64,000 bases of DNA, from contig NC_043024.1 of the NCBI RefSeq assembly GCF_006345805.1, positions 7,006,001-7,070,000 on the forward strand, in the 5' to 3' direction. Within the stretch, counting starts at the first letter, position 1, and every line of letters starts with the position of its first letter. The position numbers and the translations under genes are program-made. The DNA is from Octopus sinensis. Lineage: Eukaryota. The notes beneath the pieces were generated by a model. The model worked only from the letters and a program-made list of their open reading frames with translations, was not told where the DNA came from and made no database searches. Positions 63,251 to 64,000 of this stretch are shown here, piece by piece.

Positions 63251-63326
63251 GACAGTTGGGACAGTCGTGTGTAGAGCGCCTTTAATTGTAAGTCTGGTAA
63301 ATAAAGTTTGATGTAAGACGAATAAC

Positions 63327-63328
63327 AG

Positions 63329-63395
<67 letters not shown>

Positions 63396-63456
63396 ATCTA
63401 TTTAACTATCTATCTATCTAGCTGTTTATCTATCTATTTATCTATCTGTCTGTTTA

Positions 63457-63515
<59 letters not shown>

Positions 63516-63538
63516 TTGTCTATCTATCTGTCTGTTTA

Positions 63539-63584
<46 letters not shown>

Positions 63585-63585
63585 A
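63327..63585. repeat. (TCTA)n/(TC)n microsatellite upstream of ERCC2
   Basis: Visible. Confidence 0.95.
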
Positions 63586-64000
63586 ATAATAGTTTTAAAA
63601 TATAACAATAGAAAACGACCTTGAAAATAATCTTTACATACATACTTCCTTTTCATTTATAATCCACATCTGCAGATATATATATATACTTATGTATGCG
63701 TGTGTGTGTTTGTGCACATGTATATATGCTTGAATATATCCTCTATCTTCTACTTGTTTCAGCCATTAGGCTGCGGCCATGCTGGGGCACTGCCTTGAAA
63801 AATTTTTCAGTCAAATGAATCGACCCCGGTACTTACTTTTTTAAACCTGGTACTTCTTCTAGCAGTTTATTTTTGCTGAACCACTAAGTCACAGGGATGT
63901 AAACAAACCAACTCCAGTTGTCAAGCAGTGGTGGGAGACAAACACAAACACACTGACACACACACACACACACATGCACACACACACACACTCATACACA

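Overview
AT-rich, repeat-dense animal genomic DNA. The SINE/LINE families resemble octopus (coleoid cephalopod) repeats, but that is recollection, not a database hit. Most of the window (13701-62984, minus strand) is one complete ERCC2/XPD gene (TFIIH 5'-3' Fe-S helicase). I reconstructed 25 GT-AG coding exons totalling 2283 nt = 760 aa + stop, the same length as human XPD, including 24-nt and 30-nt micro-exons. Introns and the downstream region contain tRNA-derived SINEs, RTE and CR1-type LINE fragments, dead hAT and Tc1/mariner transposases, MITEs, a ~3.9-kb 23-bp satellite and many fold-back inverted repeats. The most notable unannotated signal is at least four distinct families of minimal type I hammerhead ribozymes with palindromic stem III. 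Three of the four families occur in inverted-pair arrangements typical of Penelope-like elements. One family flanks a decayed GIY-YIG endonuclease, and another is fused downstream of a tRNA-like Pol III promoter. A second CpG-rich promoter-like island near 10 kb probably starts an unidentified minus-strand gene.
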